From assembly GCA_049967475.1 (NCBI GenBank), contig JBMFSQ010000003.1, positions 73,529 to 137,528 on the forward strand: a stretch of DNA of 64,000 nucleotides, read 5' to 3'. The DNA comes from Chthonomonadales bacterium (GTDB lineage: Bacteria; Armatimonadota; Chthonomonadetes; Chthonomonadales; CAJBBX01). The notes beneath the pieces were generated by a model. It saw nothing but the letters and a program-made list of their open reading frames with translations, did no database searches and was not told the DNA's origin. Positions 50,574 through 60,324 of the stretch are shown piece by piece; within the stretch, counting starts at the first letter, position 1; each line of letters opens with the position of its first letter. The translations under genes and the position numbers were made by a program.

Positions 50574-51197
50574 TTAGGAATACGCTTCGTCGGCAGGGAA
50601 AACAGTTGCCGCGGGTTCCGTGGTGACGGCTTTGCAGCGGGCCAGATCGCCTGGGGTATTGATATTGGTGAATGTCAGCAGGCGCGGATCCACCTCTTCT
50701 AAGAGCGCCTGTGCCACATGGAGAACGTCCATGCTCTCCAAAGCACGGTGGAGAGCCCGCTCACCTTCATTCAAGCGAGCCCGGAGGTGCGCAACGGCTC
50801 GGCCCGAGTACGCCGCGCACGTGGGCTGCAAGCAGCCGTGCACCACGGGAACCGCCGCGTCATGCCCCTCCACGAGCTGAAGCAGCAATTGGAGCACGCG
50901 TGCATTCAAGAACGGCATATCACAGGCAGCCACCAGGTGGTTGCCTGTTCCCGCAGCCATGAGGCCGGTCACGATGCCTGCCAAGGGGCCGGCGTCCATG
51001 ACAATGTCGTGCACCACCTTTGTGTCGTGCGGCGCCGGGCAGGTGCTCGCCGGCGATGCTACCACGTACACCGGATGGGTTACCTCGCCGAGGCGCGCGA
51101 CGACGGCGTCCAGCAGCGTGCGGCCATCCCAGAGCAGCGACGCTTTGTCCCGCCCCATGCGTATGCTTTTGCCGCCCGCCAGCACGATGCCTGCCAT
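50574..51197 (-). CDS. mobA: Molybdenum cofactor guanylyltransferase MobA
   Basis: LAGGKSIRMGRDKA, GPLAGI, ACDMPF, FTNINTP. Confidence 0.93.
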   Translation of the reverse strand: MAGIVLAGGKSIRMGRDKASLLWDGRTLLDAVVARLGEVTHPVYVVASPASTCPAPHDTKVVHDIVMDAGPLAGIVTGLMAAGTGNHLVAACDMPFLNARVLQLLLQLVEGHDAAVPVVHGCLQPTCAAYSGRAVAHLRARLNEGERALHRALESMDVLHVAQALLEEVDPRLLTFTNINTPGDLARCKAVTTEPAATVFPADEAYS

Positions 51198-51314
51198 CGC
51201 AATGCTCCCATCGGGGTAAAACTATTATAGCGGCCGCGGGTCCATAACACAACGGGCCGCGGTGTCTACGCGGCACGACTTTGAAGCACATCGCTGGACA
51301 GAAAGGCAGGGACA

Positions 51315-52334
51315 ATGGCCGTAGGGGGCGACAGTCTGCACAAAGTGATCATTCTAGGAAGCGGGCCGGCGGGATACACTGCCGCACTCTATACGGCTCG
51401 GGCCAACCTAGAGCCATTGCTGGTGGATGGCGGGGCCGGGATGGGGCAAGCGCTTCAGGGCCAGGGCGGCCAGCTTACCATCACTACGGAAGTAGAGAAT
51501 TACCCGGGATTTCCCGAAGGCATCATGGGCCCGGAACTCATGATCCGCATGCGAGAACAGGTGGCACGCTTTGGGACGCGCTTCGTTGAAGACCTCGCGA
51601 CACGTGTAGACATCACGCAGCGGCCCTTCAAGGTTTGGGTGGGTGACGACACGTACCTATGTCGCGTGCTGATCATCGCCACCGGAGCTTCGGCGCGCTG
51701 GCTCGGACTGGAGGCGGAAAAGCCGGTGTTCGAGGGCGGATTGGGCGGCGCCGGCGTGTCTGCGTGCGCTACCTGCGATGGAGCCCTGCCTATATTCCGC
51801 AACAAAGAATTGGCGGTGGTGGGCGGGGGAGACACCGCCGTCGAAGAGGCGCTTTACCTCACGCATTTTGCTTCGAGGGTATACCTGATCCACCGGCGCG
51901 ACCAACTACGGGCATCCAAGATCATGCAAAGGCGCCTCATGGAGAACCCCAAGATCCACATCCTCTGGAACAAGGTCGTGGTAGACATTCACGATGTGAA
52001 GATCAAGCGCGTCACCGGAGTGACCCTCAAGGACACCGTGACCGGTGAACAAAGCTTTCTGCCCATCGGAGGGCTCTTTATCGCCATCGGCCACAAGCCC
52101 AACAGCGATATGTTCGTTGGCCAGTTGGAACTGGATCCCGCGGGATATATCGTTACCCACAAGGACGTGCGCACGAGCGTTCCGGGCGTATTCGCCTGCG
52201 GCGACGTGCAAGATCACGAGTACCGCCAGGCGATTACGGCCGCGGGTTCCGGATGCATGGCCGCAATTCAGGCCGAGCGGTACCTGGCAGCCCTGGGCGA
52301 GGATCCGGCCGCCATTCCTTCAGATCCCTGGTAG
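51315..52334 (+). CDS. trxB: Thioredoxin reductase
   Basis: GSGPAG, GGQL..TTEVENYPGF, CATCDG, GGGDTAVEEA, YRQAITAAGSGC. Confidence 0.97.
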   Translation: MAVGGDSLHKVIILGSGPAGYTAALYTARANLEPLLVDGGAGMGQALQGQGGQLTITTEVENYPGFPEGIMGPELMIRMREQVARFGTRFVEDLATRVDITQRPFKVWVGDDTYLCRVLIIATGASARWLGLEAEKPVFEGGLGGAGVSACATCDGALPIFRNKELAVVGGGDTAVEEALYLTHFASRVYLIHRRDQLRASKIMQRRLMENPKIHILWNKVVVDIHDVKIKRVTGVTLKDTVTGEQSFLPIGGLFIAIGHKPNSDMFVGQLELDPAGYIVTHKDVRTSVPGVFACGDVQDHEYRQAITAAGSGCMAAIQAERYLAALGEDPAAIPSDPW

Positions 52335-52355
52335 TTTCGCAGAAGGTGCATCGCC

Positions 52356-53519
52356 ATGCGCTTCGGAGACATCATCGGCCACGAGCCGGCAATCCGTGTG
52401 CTCCGGCGAGCGCTTGCCTATGGCGAGGACACGGGTACGTTCCTTATCTTGGGTGAAGCCGGCGTCGGCAAGACGGCGTTGGCGGAAGCATTTGCCGCCG
52501 CGGCGGCTTGCCTTAGCCCTCAGCGGGAGCCCTTCGACGCCTGCGGGGAATGCGCATCCTGCCGACGGGCTGTTGTCGGCGCCCAACCTGAGATCGTCAC
52601 GATCGCTCCGGCTGGGGAGCAGACGCAGATTTGGCAATTCTGGGACCGCGAGGGTAAGCCGCCCGGCGTGCTTCAGAGAGCGCTTGGCTTCGCGCCCACT
52701 GTGGGTCGCAAGCGTGTATTCATAATCGAGCGGGCCGACACCCTCACGGAAGCGGCTGCAAACAGCCTGCTCAAGGTGCTCGAGGAGCCGCCGCCCTACG
52801 TGCTTTTTGTGCTGCTTGCGGCCCATGCGTCGCGCCTCTTGCCCACCATTCTTTCCCGGGCGAGGATGCTTCGTCTTTCGCCTGTGCCCGTTGACGAGTT
52901 GGCTGCCCGCCTTCAGGAGGTAGCCCATCTGTCCTACGATGAGGCCCGAGCCCTGGCGATTGCTTCCGGGGGGCGGCCGGGGGTCGCTCTTTCATACGCC
53001 CGAGCTGAGGGAGGTACTGGTGACATGGATCGCGTGCTGGATTGGGCCGAGGCGCTCCCTACAGCGCCGGCTCTGGCCGCGCCCCAGCTTGCGGACACAT
53101 TCAGGCGGTTGACTGCGTCGGCCACGAGTTCCGCCTCTGAAGCCGTCGAGGCGTCGGGAGACGACGGCGCAGGCACAGACCGTGTGGGACGCGGGAAGGC
53201 TGCGGCCGCCGTAGACCTCGCAACGATGCTGTATCGCGATCTGCTGGCTGCTAGCCTCAAGCGTAACGCAGAAGCTTTGGTTTTCCAGCATCGTAGCAGC
53301 AGGGTATTGGCTTTGGCGCATGCGGCCCCGCCTGTCGTGTGGGCATCGTGTTTGGAAGCCCTGCTGAAGGCCCGGCGCAGGCTGGACCAAAACGTGTCGG
53401 TACGGCTCGTATTGGAGGGCCTCACCGCGGAACTCGTGGCGGCGTGCACGCCGATGGCCCCAGACAACAGAAACCGCAAACCGAAGGGAGAAGAGGATGA
53501 GCCGGTGGAAGCAAGGTGA
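52356..53519 (+). CDS. holB: DNA polymerase III subunit delta'
   Basis: GEAGVGKT, CGECASC, AANSLLKVLEEPP, LLPTILSR. Confidence 0.9.
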   Translation: MRFGDIIGHEPAIRVLRRALAYGEDTGTFLILGEAGVGKTALAEAFAAAAACLSPQREPFDACGECASCRRAVVGAQPEIVTIAPAGEQTQIWQFWDREGKPPGVLQRALGFAPTVGRKRVFIIERADTLTEAAANSLLKVLEEPPPYVLFVLLAAHASRLLPTILSRARMLRLSPVPVDELAARLQEVAHLSYDEARALAIASGGRPGVALSYARAEGGTGDMDRVLDWAEALPTAPALAAPQLADTFRRLTASATSSASEAVEASGDDGAGTDRVGRGKAAAAVDLATMLYRDLLAASLKRNAEALVFQHRSSRVLALAHAAPPVVWASCLEALLKARRRLDQNVSVRLVLEGLTAELVAACTPMAPDNRNRKPKGEEDEPVEAR

Positions 53520-54000
53520 CCGTGTGCGCATCGTCGCGCGCGAAGTAACGGCAGATGATCTGAAGAACCAAACATACTTTGGCCACTATGGAGGCCTCAC
53601 CGGCACAGTCCAGAAGGTCTATAACGATTTGGAGATTGCCGTGGAGGTGCATCCGGAGAGCCTTTCGCAAGAAATACGGGATCGGCACCTGGATGTGCGC
53701 AACCAGATGAAAACCAAATGGCTGGAAGGCCTTTCCGAAGAGGGGAGGAGCCATCTTACAGAGCGCGAGAAGGATTTCAACCTTCGCTATGTGGTTCTCG
53801 TGTCCGGTAAGGACTTGGAAAAGGTCCCTGGGGAGGGCGGTGCTCCATCCGCTCAGGGCAAAGGCTCCGGGCCCAAGAAGGAACAAGGAGAACATGTCGC
53901 CACCATCGTGGAAGGTTCTTCGGCGGCGCGCAAGACGTTAGCCGAAATCGAGGCAGCCGAACAAGCCGAGCTGTTGAAGCGGGCGTCGGGCGAAAAGTAG
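53497..54000 (+). CDS. Hypothetical protein with SH3/KOW-like N-terminus
   Basis: WKQGDRVRIV...GLTGTVQKVY; co-oriented within the operon. Confidence 0.7.
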   Translation: MSRWKQGDRVRIVAREVTADDLKNQTYFGHYGGLTGTVQKVYNDLEIAVEVHPESLSQEIRDRHLDVRNQMKTKWLEGLSEEGRSHLTEREKDFNLRYVVLVSGKDLEKVPGEGGAPSAQGKGSGPKKEQGEHVATIVEGSSAARKTLAEIEAAEQAELLKRASGEK

Positions 54001-54137
54001 CAGCCGGCCGGTATCGCCGGACCCATCGCATTCGGCTGCTTCATGGGGTTGGGGTGGGAGAGGAAGGGCCGCTTGGACGTCCTGGCCGACGGCATGAAGG
54101 GCAATGAGGTTCCTGCGCTCCAATCAGGGAGGAGGCC

Positions 54138-55322
54138 GTGATAGATCTCGAACAACTGCTGCCCCAGATAGCGGACCTCGTGCAATACCGTCTCGCCGAG
54201 CTGGCGGCGTGTAGGGGTGGGAAGGATGCCGCGCTGGAGGTAATCGCGGGGTTGGCGGAAGGATGGGAGACGCTGGCCGAGCGCATCGAAGCTGCCGATG
54301 CAGGAGGTCTCATCGCGATTCCTCAGGAGGCGCCTCCGGCCCGCCATCCCTTGCCGGCGGTGCCGCGCGTGTATTGCGTCGTAGCGACCGATGGCTCCCA
54401 AATCGGCTATGACCGCCATGAGGTGGCGCCCTGTGCCCTCATCAACGTTGGGCGTGTACGCATCGAGTATGATGATCCGCCCGCCGTTCGGCTGGATGGA
54501 TGCCCCACGCTCCTCTACAGAACGGAGGAGCTCATGGAGGCTGATGGCGGCGACGCCCACGTTCTCAGCGCGCGCCGCATCTCCACGCTGCGCATGGAGC
54601 AAGAGTGCCAGGAACTTGGGAAACTGATACAAGAAGCTCGCTCGTCGCGCCCGACCATCGCTTTGGTAGATGGGACGCTGATCCCGTGGTCCTTGGAAGC
54701 CGAGACCGATGAAGTGCGGAAACGCGCACTGGAAGGTTTCGAGCGGTTGCTGAACATAGCGCATTCGGCGCAGGTTCCTATCGCGGGCTATATCAGCGAT
54801 CCGGGGAGCCGGGATGTTATGAACCTGCTCCACGCGCTGCGCTGCGGCATCGAAAAGGCGCCGTGCGGCCTGAAGTGTTTCTCACGACGGGCGCTGAGGA
54901 AAGGAGCTCCGTGTGAACCTCTTCAGGATCTAACGGATGCCGTTCTGTTCGCGGCAGTTCTGCAGCCCGGCGAGCGCTCGGCCGTTTTCCGCAGCCGCTC
55001 GCGCATCTTGCAGGATCTGGCGGAAGAGAACCGTACCTGCTTCTGCTACCTTCGGCTGGAGGGGGAAGTGGCGCGTATCGAAATACCCGCGTGGGTCGCC
55101 GAACAGAGCGAGTGGTTCGACCGCGTGCATGCCGTCGTGTGGGATCAGGTGCAGAAGGGCCTTGGCTATCCCAGGGCTCTCACTGAAGCCCATGAACTCG
55201 CTGTTGTGCGGGGCGAGGACCGGCGTCTCTTTTTCGAGCTGCTCAGCGCTCAGCTAGCCGCAAAGGGCCTCCCGCTGACCAGAACCGGCAAAGCTATGGC
55301 GAAGGCCGTGAGGAGCGTTTAG
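54138..55322 (+). CDS. NurA-domain nuclease
   Basis: ATDGSQI, LVDGTL, ARIEIPAW, GYPRALTEAHELAVV. Confidence 0.88.
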   Translation: MIDLEQLLPQIADLVQYRLAELAACRGGKDAALEVIAGLAEGWETLAERIEAADAGGLIAIPQEAPPARHPLPAVPRVYCVVATDGSQIGYDRHEVAPCALINVGRVRIEYDDPPAVRLDGCPTLLYRTEELMEADGGDAHVLSARRISTLRMEQECQELGKLIQEARSSRPTIALVDGTLIPWSLEAETDEVRKRALEGFERLLNIAHSAQVPIAGYISDPGSRDVMNLLHALRCGIEKAPCGLKCFSRRALRKGAPCEPLQDLTDAVLFAAVLQPGERSAVFRSRSRILQDLAEENRTCFCYLRLEGEVARIEIPAWVAEQSEWFDRVHAVVWDQVQKGLGYPRALTEAHELAVVRGEDRRLFFELLSAQLAAKGLPLTRTGKAMAKAVRSV

Positions 55323-55466
55323 GCAGGCGGGGAGGCTGAGGGCCGGATGCTCTTGGGAGCGGTCCAAGGATCCATGGTGCGGGCTGCGGGCCGAAGCCTC
55401 CAAGGTCGGACCCGCGCGGCCACAGGGGCCGACGTTGAACGTAACCCGTCTTGCCGGCGCAGGGCG

Positions 55467-56339
55467 TCATCCTGCTTCGCGCTTCGAGGCTCGATCGCCC
55501 AACATGTGCTTGCGCTGGAGGTCGAAGCAGTAGCGTAAGAGAAGTTCCTGCGTGTCGCAGGACAAGTCAGTAAAGGCGCACTGCGCGACGTAGGGGTAAG
55601 GCTCGCTTTTCGGCGCGCGGCGGCATTCCAATACGGATGCATGGAAGAGGGTTCCGCGTTCATCGGTGATGGGGATGCGCACGGTAATGCGCGTGTCTGC
55701 CTTCAGTTGTGTCGGAACGCCGATGCGCGCGCCGCTGGCCGAGATATCGCGGATCGCCCCGCAATAAAATTCCTCCGATCCGGAGCCACCGCCGGAAACA
55801 GACACCATCGTGGGAAGATCCACCCCGACCCGGAAGAATTGGCGCCGCTGGATCCGGGCAACCCAAGGGGGCCGGGTTACACGTACCTGTACGTCCTCGG
55901 CAATCTCCACGCTAAGGACCGTGGCATAGAACTGGTAGGCCGAAGTGGGAGCCGCCACGGTTACGAGAACCGCTTGATTGCGCTCCAAAAACCGCTCGTC
56001 TCCTTCCACCAGCCTCAGCAGAATGGCGCTCCGCTGTACTTGAAGCACTTCCGTACGCACCAGGGGCGGTTCGGGCACTCCTACAGGCCGAAGCGTTGCC
56101 GACGGACTGTTCTTGATGGACGATGTCGCTCGAATCTCGCCTCCCAGGTCTTTCGTCAGAGCAGCAGAAACGTGCGCCCAATAGATCCTCCGTCCGTAAA
56201 GCCAAAGGAGAGCCAGCAGGACGCCCAACCCTACCAGAGCCATCGAGCTCCAGTGGAGGCTTTGTACCGCGTGAAGGATTGTTGCCGCAGGTCGAGCCAG
56301 CCCCATCGGGTCAAGGAACGCAAACGAAAGCGCAGGCAT
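55467..56339 (-). CDS. Membrane-anchored PilZ/YcgR-like c-di-GMP receptor
   Basis: QRRQFFRV (RxxxR) and DISASG (DxSxxG); TM helix. Start uncertain; the frame is open to 56657. Confidence 0.85.
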   Translation of the reverse strand: MPALSFAFLDPMGLARPAATILHAVQSLHWSSMALVGLGVLLALLWLYGRRIYWAHVSAALTKDLGGEIRATSSIKNSPSATLRPVGVPEPPLVRTEVLQVQRSAILLRLVEGDERFLERNQAVLVTVAAPTSAYQFYATVLSVEIAEDVQVRVTRPPWVARIQRRQFFRVGVDLPTMVSVSGGGSGSEEFYCGAIRDISASGARIGVPTQLKADTRITVRIPITDERGTLFHASVLECRRAPKSEPYPYVAQCAFTDLSCDTQELLLRYCFDLQRKHMLGDRASKREAG

Positions 56340-56741
56340 CAGAGCCGATCGTGTGGAGGAGATCCTCGGAGAAGAGCCGTTCGTAGTCCTGCCCGAGCAG
56401 TGCAGCGGCCGCCGGCAGCGGTTCGTCCTGACGGCTGCGGGCCGTAACAGAAACTGATGCGCTGCGCCGTTGAGGTGGACGAGCGCAACGCTCACATTGG
56501 ATCGTAACGAATGATCGGTACCCATTCGTGCTTCTTGTCGGGCTGCAGCGGCCGGCGAATGCTTCGCGCGCAGGCTCCAGCACCTGACTGGCCAGCCGCG
56601 GACGTTAGTATGAGTTTCGGCAGAAGGCCCCTTTTCCATTACTGGGGCTACCCGCATATACCGGGGGCGCTGAAGGGGCAGGCAGCAAAGTTCCCAACGG
56701 CGAACCGCCAGAGAACTGCGCCGGCTAAGCGCGAATGGCTC

Positions 56742-58706
56742 TCAATGCGGGGTGACGAGGCGTTCGGCCAATCCCGCGTGGCGCACGAACTGGGTCAACA
56801 GGCGCGCTTCATCAGGCAGGAACGGCCGCTCATCCGTGCGGTACACTTCTACCACGCCCACTCGATTTCTGTGAATGCTTACGGGGATTGCCAAATAGGC
56901 CGAGAAGCGATCCCGGGCCGGTACGGGCGCTGATGTTGACCGGATATCCAGCTCTGCGCCGGGCAGCACCAGCGGGCGCCCTCTGCGGACGACCCAGCCT
57001 GCCAGAGGATCGGCAAGAGGCAGACTGCGCGCCGGCTGTTGACCGCTGCGGAAGCCGCTATGAGCGCAGAGTGTCAAGGCGTCGCCATCCAGCGCGTACA
57101 CAGCGCTCCGATCCGCTCGAACTACTGCGATGGCCAGATCGGCCAGGAGCTGGGGAAGATCCCAAGACGCCGGTGCGGCGCCGATGGCCCGTGCGATGCG
57201 GATGAGATAGCGCCGCCGCTCTGCGGACTTCGTGCGCGCTTCTTCCAAGCGCAGAGCATTGGAAAGTGCGGTGGCCGCAAGGTTTCCTACCGTATAGAGA
57301 AGCTCCATCTCGGCTACCGTAAAGAGGCGGCGGCGAAGCGAAAGCCCCAACAGAACGCCCAGATCCGCATCTCCTACGGACACAGGGACGCAAATAACCG
57401 ACGCCGCATGCAATGGTGCTGAGGCGTTGCGAGGGTCGGCGGCCACGTCGGCCACAGCCGTAGGGGTCATCCACTCATAGGTCCATCCCGCAATGCCTTC
57501 GCCGGGGCGCGGCCGAACACGGTTGAAGTCCGCAAGGTCCATTCCGCGAGCCGCTCGCGCCTCCAAACGCCCGTCGCGAGGATTGTGCAACATCACCGCA
57601 GATTGGTCCACTCCCAGGAGCTCCAGGGCCGCATCGGCGACGACGCCGCAAATATGATCGGGAGCTAGGTCGGTGTTAACCTTCTGTGAGAGGTTGTAGA
57701 GGGCGGTGGCTTCCTCGGCGCGGCGTGTGGCGTCGTCAAAAAGCCAAGCATTGGCGATGGCGATGCCCGATTGCGCGGCCACCACCCCAAGAAGCTCGGC
57801 GTCTGCATGGGTATAGGCTTGGGGCTGGCGGCTGGAGATGACCAGTACTCCCAGGTTCTCGTTGCGGCTTCGAATAGGCGCGACCAAGGCGGAGCGCGAA
57901 CCGATAAAGATCGCCGATGGGGTAATCGGCCGATCCGGCGGAGCCTCTGAACCTGCGTCTGAGGCTCCGGTTTCTCCGTCGTGTTGAAGAATGCGCGCTC
58001 TGCCCTCCTCCAATGCAGGAGCAACCTGCGGATCGGCGGCCGCCAACTGCACTTCCGTCTCGTCCTCGTCCAGGCCGCGATGGGCTGCGATGAAGAGATG
58101 GGTGCGCTCGTCGTTGAGGAGAAAAACCGCGGCGCCGTGGTAGGAAAAGTGGGCGCATACGGTGTCCAGAATAGTGTCCAGGACTTCCTGTACGTTGAGG
58201 CTCCCGGTTACGGAGCGCGCGGCTTCGTAGAGCACGGAGAGCTCGCGCTCGATCTGATGAGAACGCGCCAGCAGCCGTTGCCGGCTGACAGCGATAGACG
58301 CCAAACCCGCAAGGAGCTCTGCGACGGCCTCAACATCAGCACGCTCTGCCCCGGCTTCAATTCCTACGGCGATGAGCGCACCGGTTGTTACACCGTCGCA
58401 CCGGATGGGAACGCACACTGCAGGCGGTTGTTGGGAGTAGGTGATGCGTTCCGTAGCGATGCAGGCTGCCGCCAGAGATCCCTGGAATGGAATGCGCATC
58501 CCCAAGAGTTCCGCTTCATTCGGGCCGTCTACGGCAATGAAGTCCAGGTACTGCCTGGCAGCATCACACATCCCGAGGGCGGCTGTGGCAGCGCCGGTGA
58601 AACGGCGCAATTCGGCAACAAGCATGCTGAACACGCTATTGTGGATGGGACCGGCTGCCACCGTCTCTGCGATACGGGCAAGTGCTTTGTGAAGGTCAGC
58701 AGTCAT
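56742..58706 (-). CDS. Tandem GAF-domain protein (about four GAFs, no output domain)
   Basis: Repeated hydrophobic-P..G GAF cores (VCVPIR, LVAPIR, ICVPVS, LAIPVS) and YT..D/FT..E helices. Confidence 0.85.
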   Translation of the reverse strand: MTADLHKALARIAETVAAGPIHNSVFSMLVAELRRFTGAATAALGMCDAARQYLDFIAVDGPNEAELLGMRIPFQGSLAAACIATERITYSQQPPAVCVPIRCDGVTTGALIAVGIEAGAERADVEAVAELLAGLASIAVSRQRLLARSHQIERELSVLYEAARSVTGSLNVQEVLDTILDTVCAHFSYHGAAVFLLNDERTHLFIAAHRGLDEDETEVQLAAADPQVAPALEEGRARILQHDGETGASDAGSEAPPDRPITPSAIFIGSRSALVAPIRSRNENLGVLVISSRQPQAYTHADAELLGVVAAQSGIAIANAWLFDDATRRAEEATALYNLSQKVNTDLAPDHICGVVADAALELLGVDQSAVMLHNPRDGRLEARAARGMDLADFNRVRPRPGEGIAGWTYEWMTPTAVADVAADPRNASAPLHAASVICVPVSVGDADLGVLLGLSLRRRLFTVAEMELLYTVGNLAATALSNALRLEEARTKSAERRRYLIRIARAIGAAPASWDLPQLLADLAIAVVRADRSAVYALDGDALTLCAHSGFRSGQQPARSLPLADPLAGWVVRRGRPLVLPGAELDIRSTSAPVPARDRFSAYLAIPVSIHRNRVGVVEVYRTDERPFLPDEARLLTQFVRHAGLAERLVTPH

Positions 58707-58753
58707 GGCTAGGCTTGCAGGCTGAGGCCCACTCACACGCGGGATGCTCGCCC

Positions 58754-58783
58754 ATTGTCGCATAGCGGTATCAAGCGTGTCAA
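58754..58783 (-). promoter_or_regulatory. Sigma70-type promoter for the GAF gene
   Basis: TTGACA-18 nt-GACAAT with extended -10 TG. Confidence 0.5.
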
Positions 58784-58932
58784 GGGGGTTTCATAGGCCA
58801 CGAGGCGGAGTGGTCCTCCGGGTGGGTGCTATGGGCAGCCCAAAGGGGCTTGACATATTATTGGCGATATGGGAAAATACCAATGTCCTGCACGATTCAC
58901 TTGCAGCAGATCGCCGGATAGGAGGTAGGAAG

Positions 58933-60324
58933 ATGCTGTGTCTGCCGGGTGCACGGGCTACCAGGCGCCCATTGATCCACCGGCTGCGGAACCCCGGCCG
59001 CCTGATCCTGCTGGCTGGAGCGATGTTGATGGGAGGATGCACCGCAGTCTCTGCTCAGCCGACCCAGCGCGAAGAAGCCGTGCTGACACTTCAGGCGGCA
59101 ATCAACGGAGCGCTTCAAAACGCGCCGGTGATCCTCGCTGCCGAGAGGGAAGTCGCGGCAGGGCGCCAGCAAGTAAACAGCGTTCGAGGCCTTGCGTATG
59201 GAGAGCTTGACGCACTGGTTACCGCGCAGCACCTGAATGATGCGCAATTGCTCCGGCCTCTGGCTGGGCCGATCTCCGCCTCCAGCATGGCCACGGCTCC
59301 ATTTGCCCAAGACCAGCTTCATGCAGGAGCGGTCTATACCTTCCCACTGTACGATGGCAGGCAGATCGCCAACCGCATTCTAATCGCTGAACTTAGCGAG
59401 GCAAAGGCCCGCAGCTTTCTGAAAGGCACCCGAGCCGATGTGACGTACAACGTCACTGCGCTGTACGTGCAGGCTCAGGCGCTGCGGGCCCAGGCGGATG
59501 CCCTCACCGCAGAGATCGAGGAGCTGGACACCACCCGAAAGAACACAGAGCTGGCCGTGAAGATCGGGAAGCGCGCCGACGTGGAGCTGCTCAAGATCGT
59601 AGATCGGGTTCGCGAAGCAGAGGCCGCGCGGGAAGCCGTCCTTGCGCAGCGGCGGCGGGTGGTGGCCACGCTCTTGGCTGTCATGGGGCGTGACCCCGCC
59701 GGCGCTCCGAAGTTGGCCCCTCTTCCAGAGGAGCTCCCGTCGGTTCGGATGGCTTTTCAGGACCTTGAAGCGGCTGCGGCACGGCGCACCTCGGTGACCG
59801 TCGCCCAACTCACCGTCCGGCAGGGGGAGCGCAATGTGTCCCTGGCGCGCGGTTCTTTGGAGCCCGTGATTTCGCTCCAGACGAGCTACCTCAGGCATTT
59901 CGACGCCGCCTATCCGGACAATTCGCGGGAAACGTGGTTCGTAGGGATGGCCGTTTCTATGCCTTTACTGGATTGGGGGGTTCGCCGAGCTGCCCTGAGC
60001 AAAAGCCGGGAGGAGACGCAGGCGGCAAAGGCGCAAGCCGACGGCGCCAGGCTGCAGGCGATGGCTGATCTCCAGGCGGCACTTGCGGCGTGGGATGCCG
60101 CCAAGAAGCAGTTGGATGCTGCGAACGCTCAGTATGATGCGGCCCGCGAGGTCGCACGGATCGAGCAATTGAGGTACGACACGGGAGCCGGAGATATCGA
60201 AGACTTGCTGCGCGCCAGAACTCGCGAGGCGGCGGCGCGAACCGCGCAGGCCAATGCGAAGGCGCTCGTTTTGGTAAGCGGCGCCCAAATCAACCACGTC
60301 ACGGAACAGGAGGCAGTCCGATGA
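58933..60324 (+). CDS. TolC-family outer membrane efflux protein
   Basis: LTLQAAI..AL.N, two PLYDG/PLLDWG repeats, RYDTG; GGAGG/AGGA SD. Confidence 0.9.
   Translation: MLCLPGARATRRPLIHRLRNPGRLILLAGAMLMGGCTAVSAQPTQREEAVLTLQAAINGALQNAPVILAAEREVAAGRQQVNSVRGLAYGELDALVTAQHLNDAQLLRPLAGPISASSMATAPFAQDQLHAGAVYTFPLYDGRQIANRILIAELSEAKARSFLKGTRADVTYNVTALYVQAQALRAQADALTAEIEELDTTRKNTELAVKIGKRADVELLKIVDRVREAEAAREAVLAQRRRVVATLLAVMGRDPAGAPKLAPLPEELPSVRMAFQDLEAAAARRTSVTVAQLTVRQGERNVSLARGSLEPVISLQTSYLRHFDAAYPDNSRETWFVGMAVSMPLLDWGVRRAALSKSREETQAAKAQADGARLQAMADLQAALAAWDAAKKQLDAANAQYDAAREVARIEQLRYDTGAGDIEDLLRARTREAAARTAQANAKALVLVSGAQINHVTEQEAVR

Noticed and set aside
56311-56740. c-di-GMP riboswitch or 90-aa ORF upstream of the PilZ gene
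   Set aside because: No GEMM consensus is visible; the small ORF has no SD or motifs; the sigma28-like TAAT-N16-GCCGAAAC is too weak to call.
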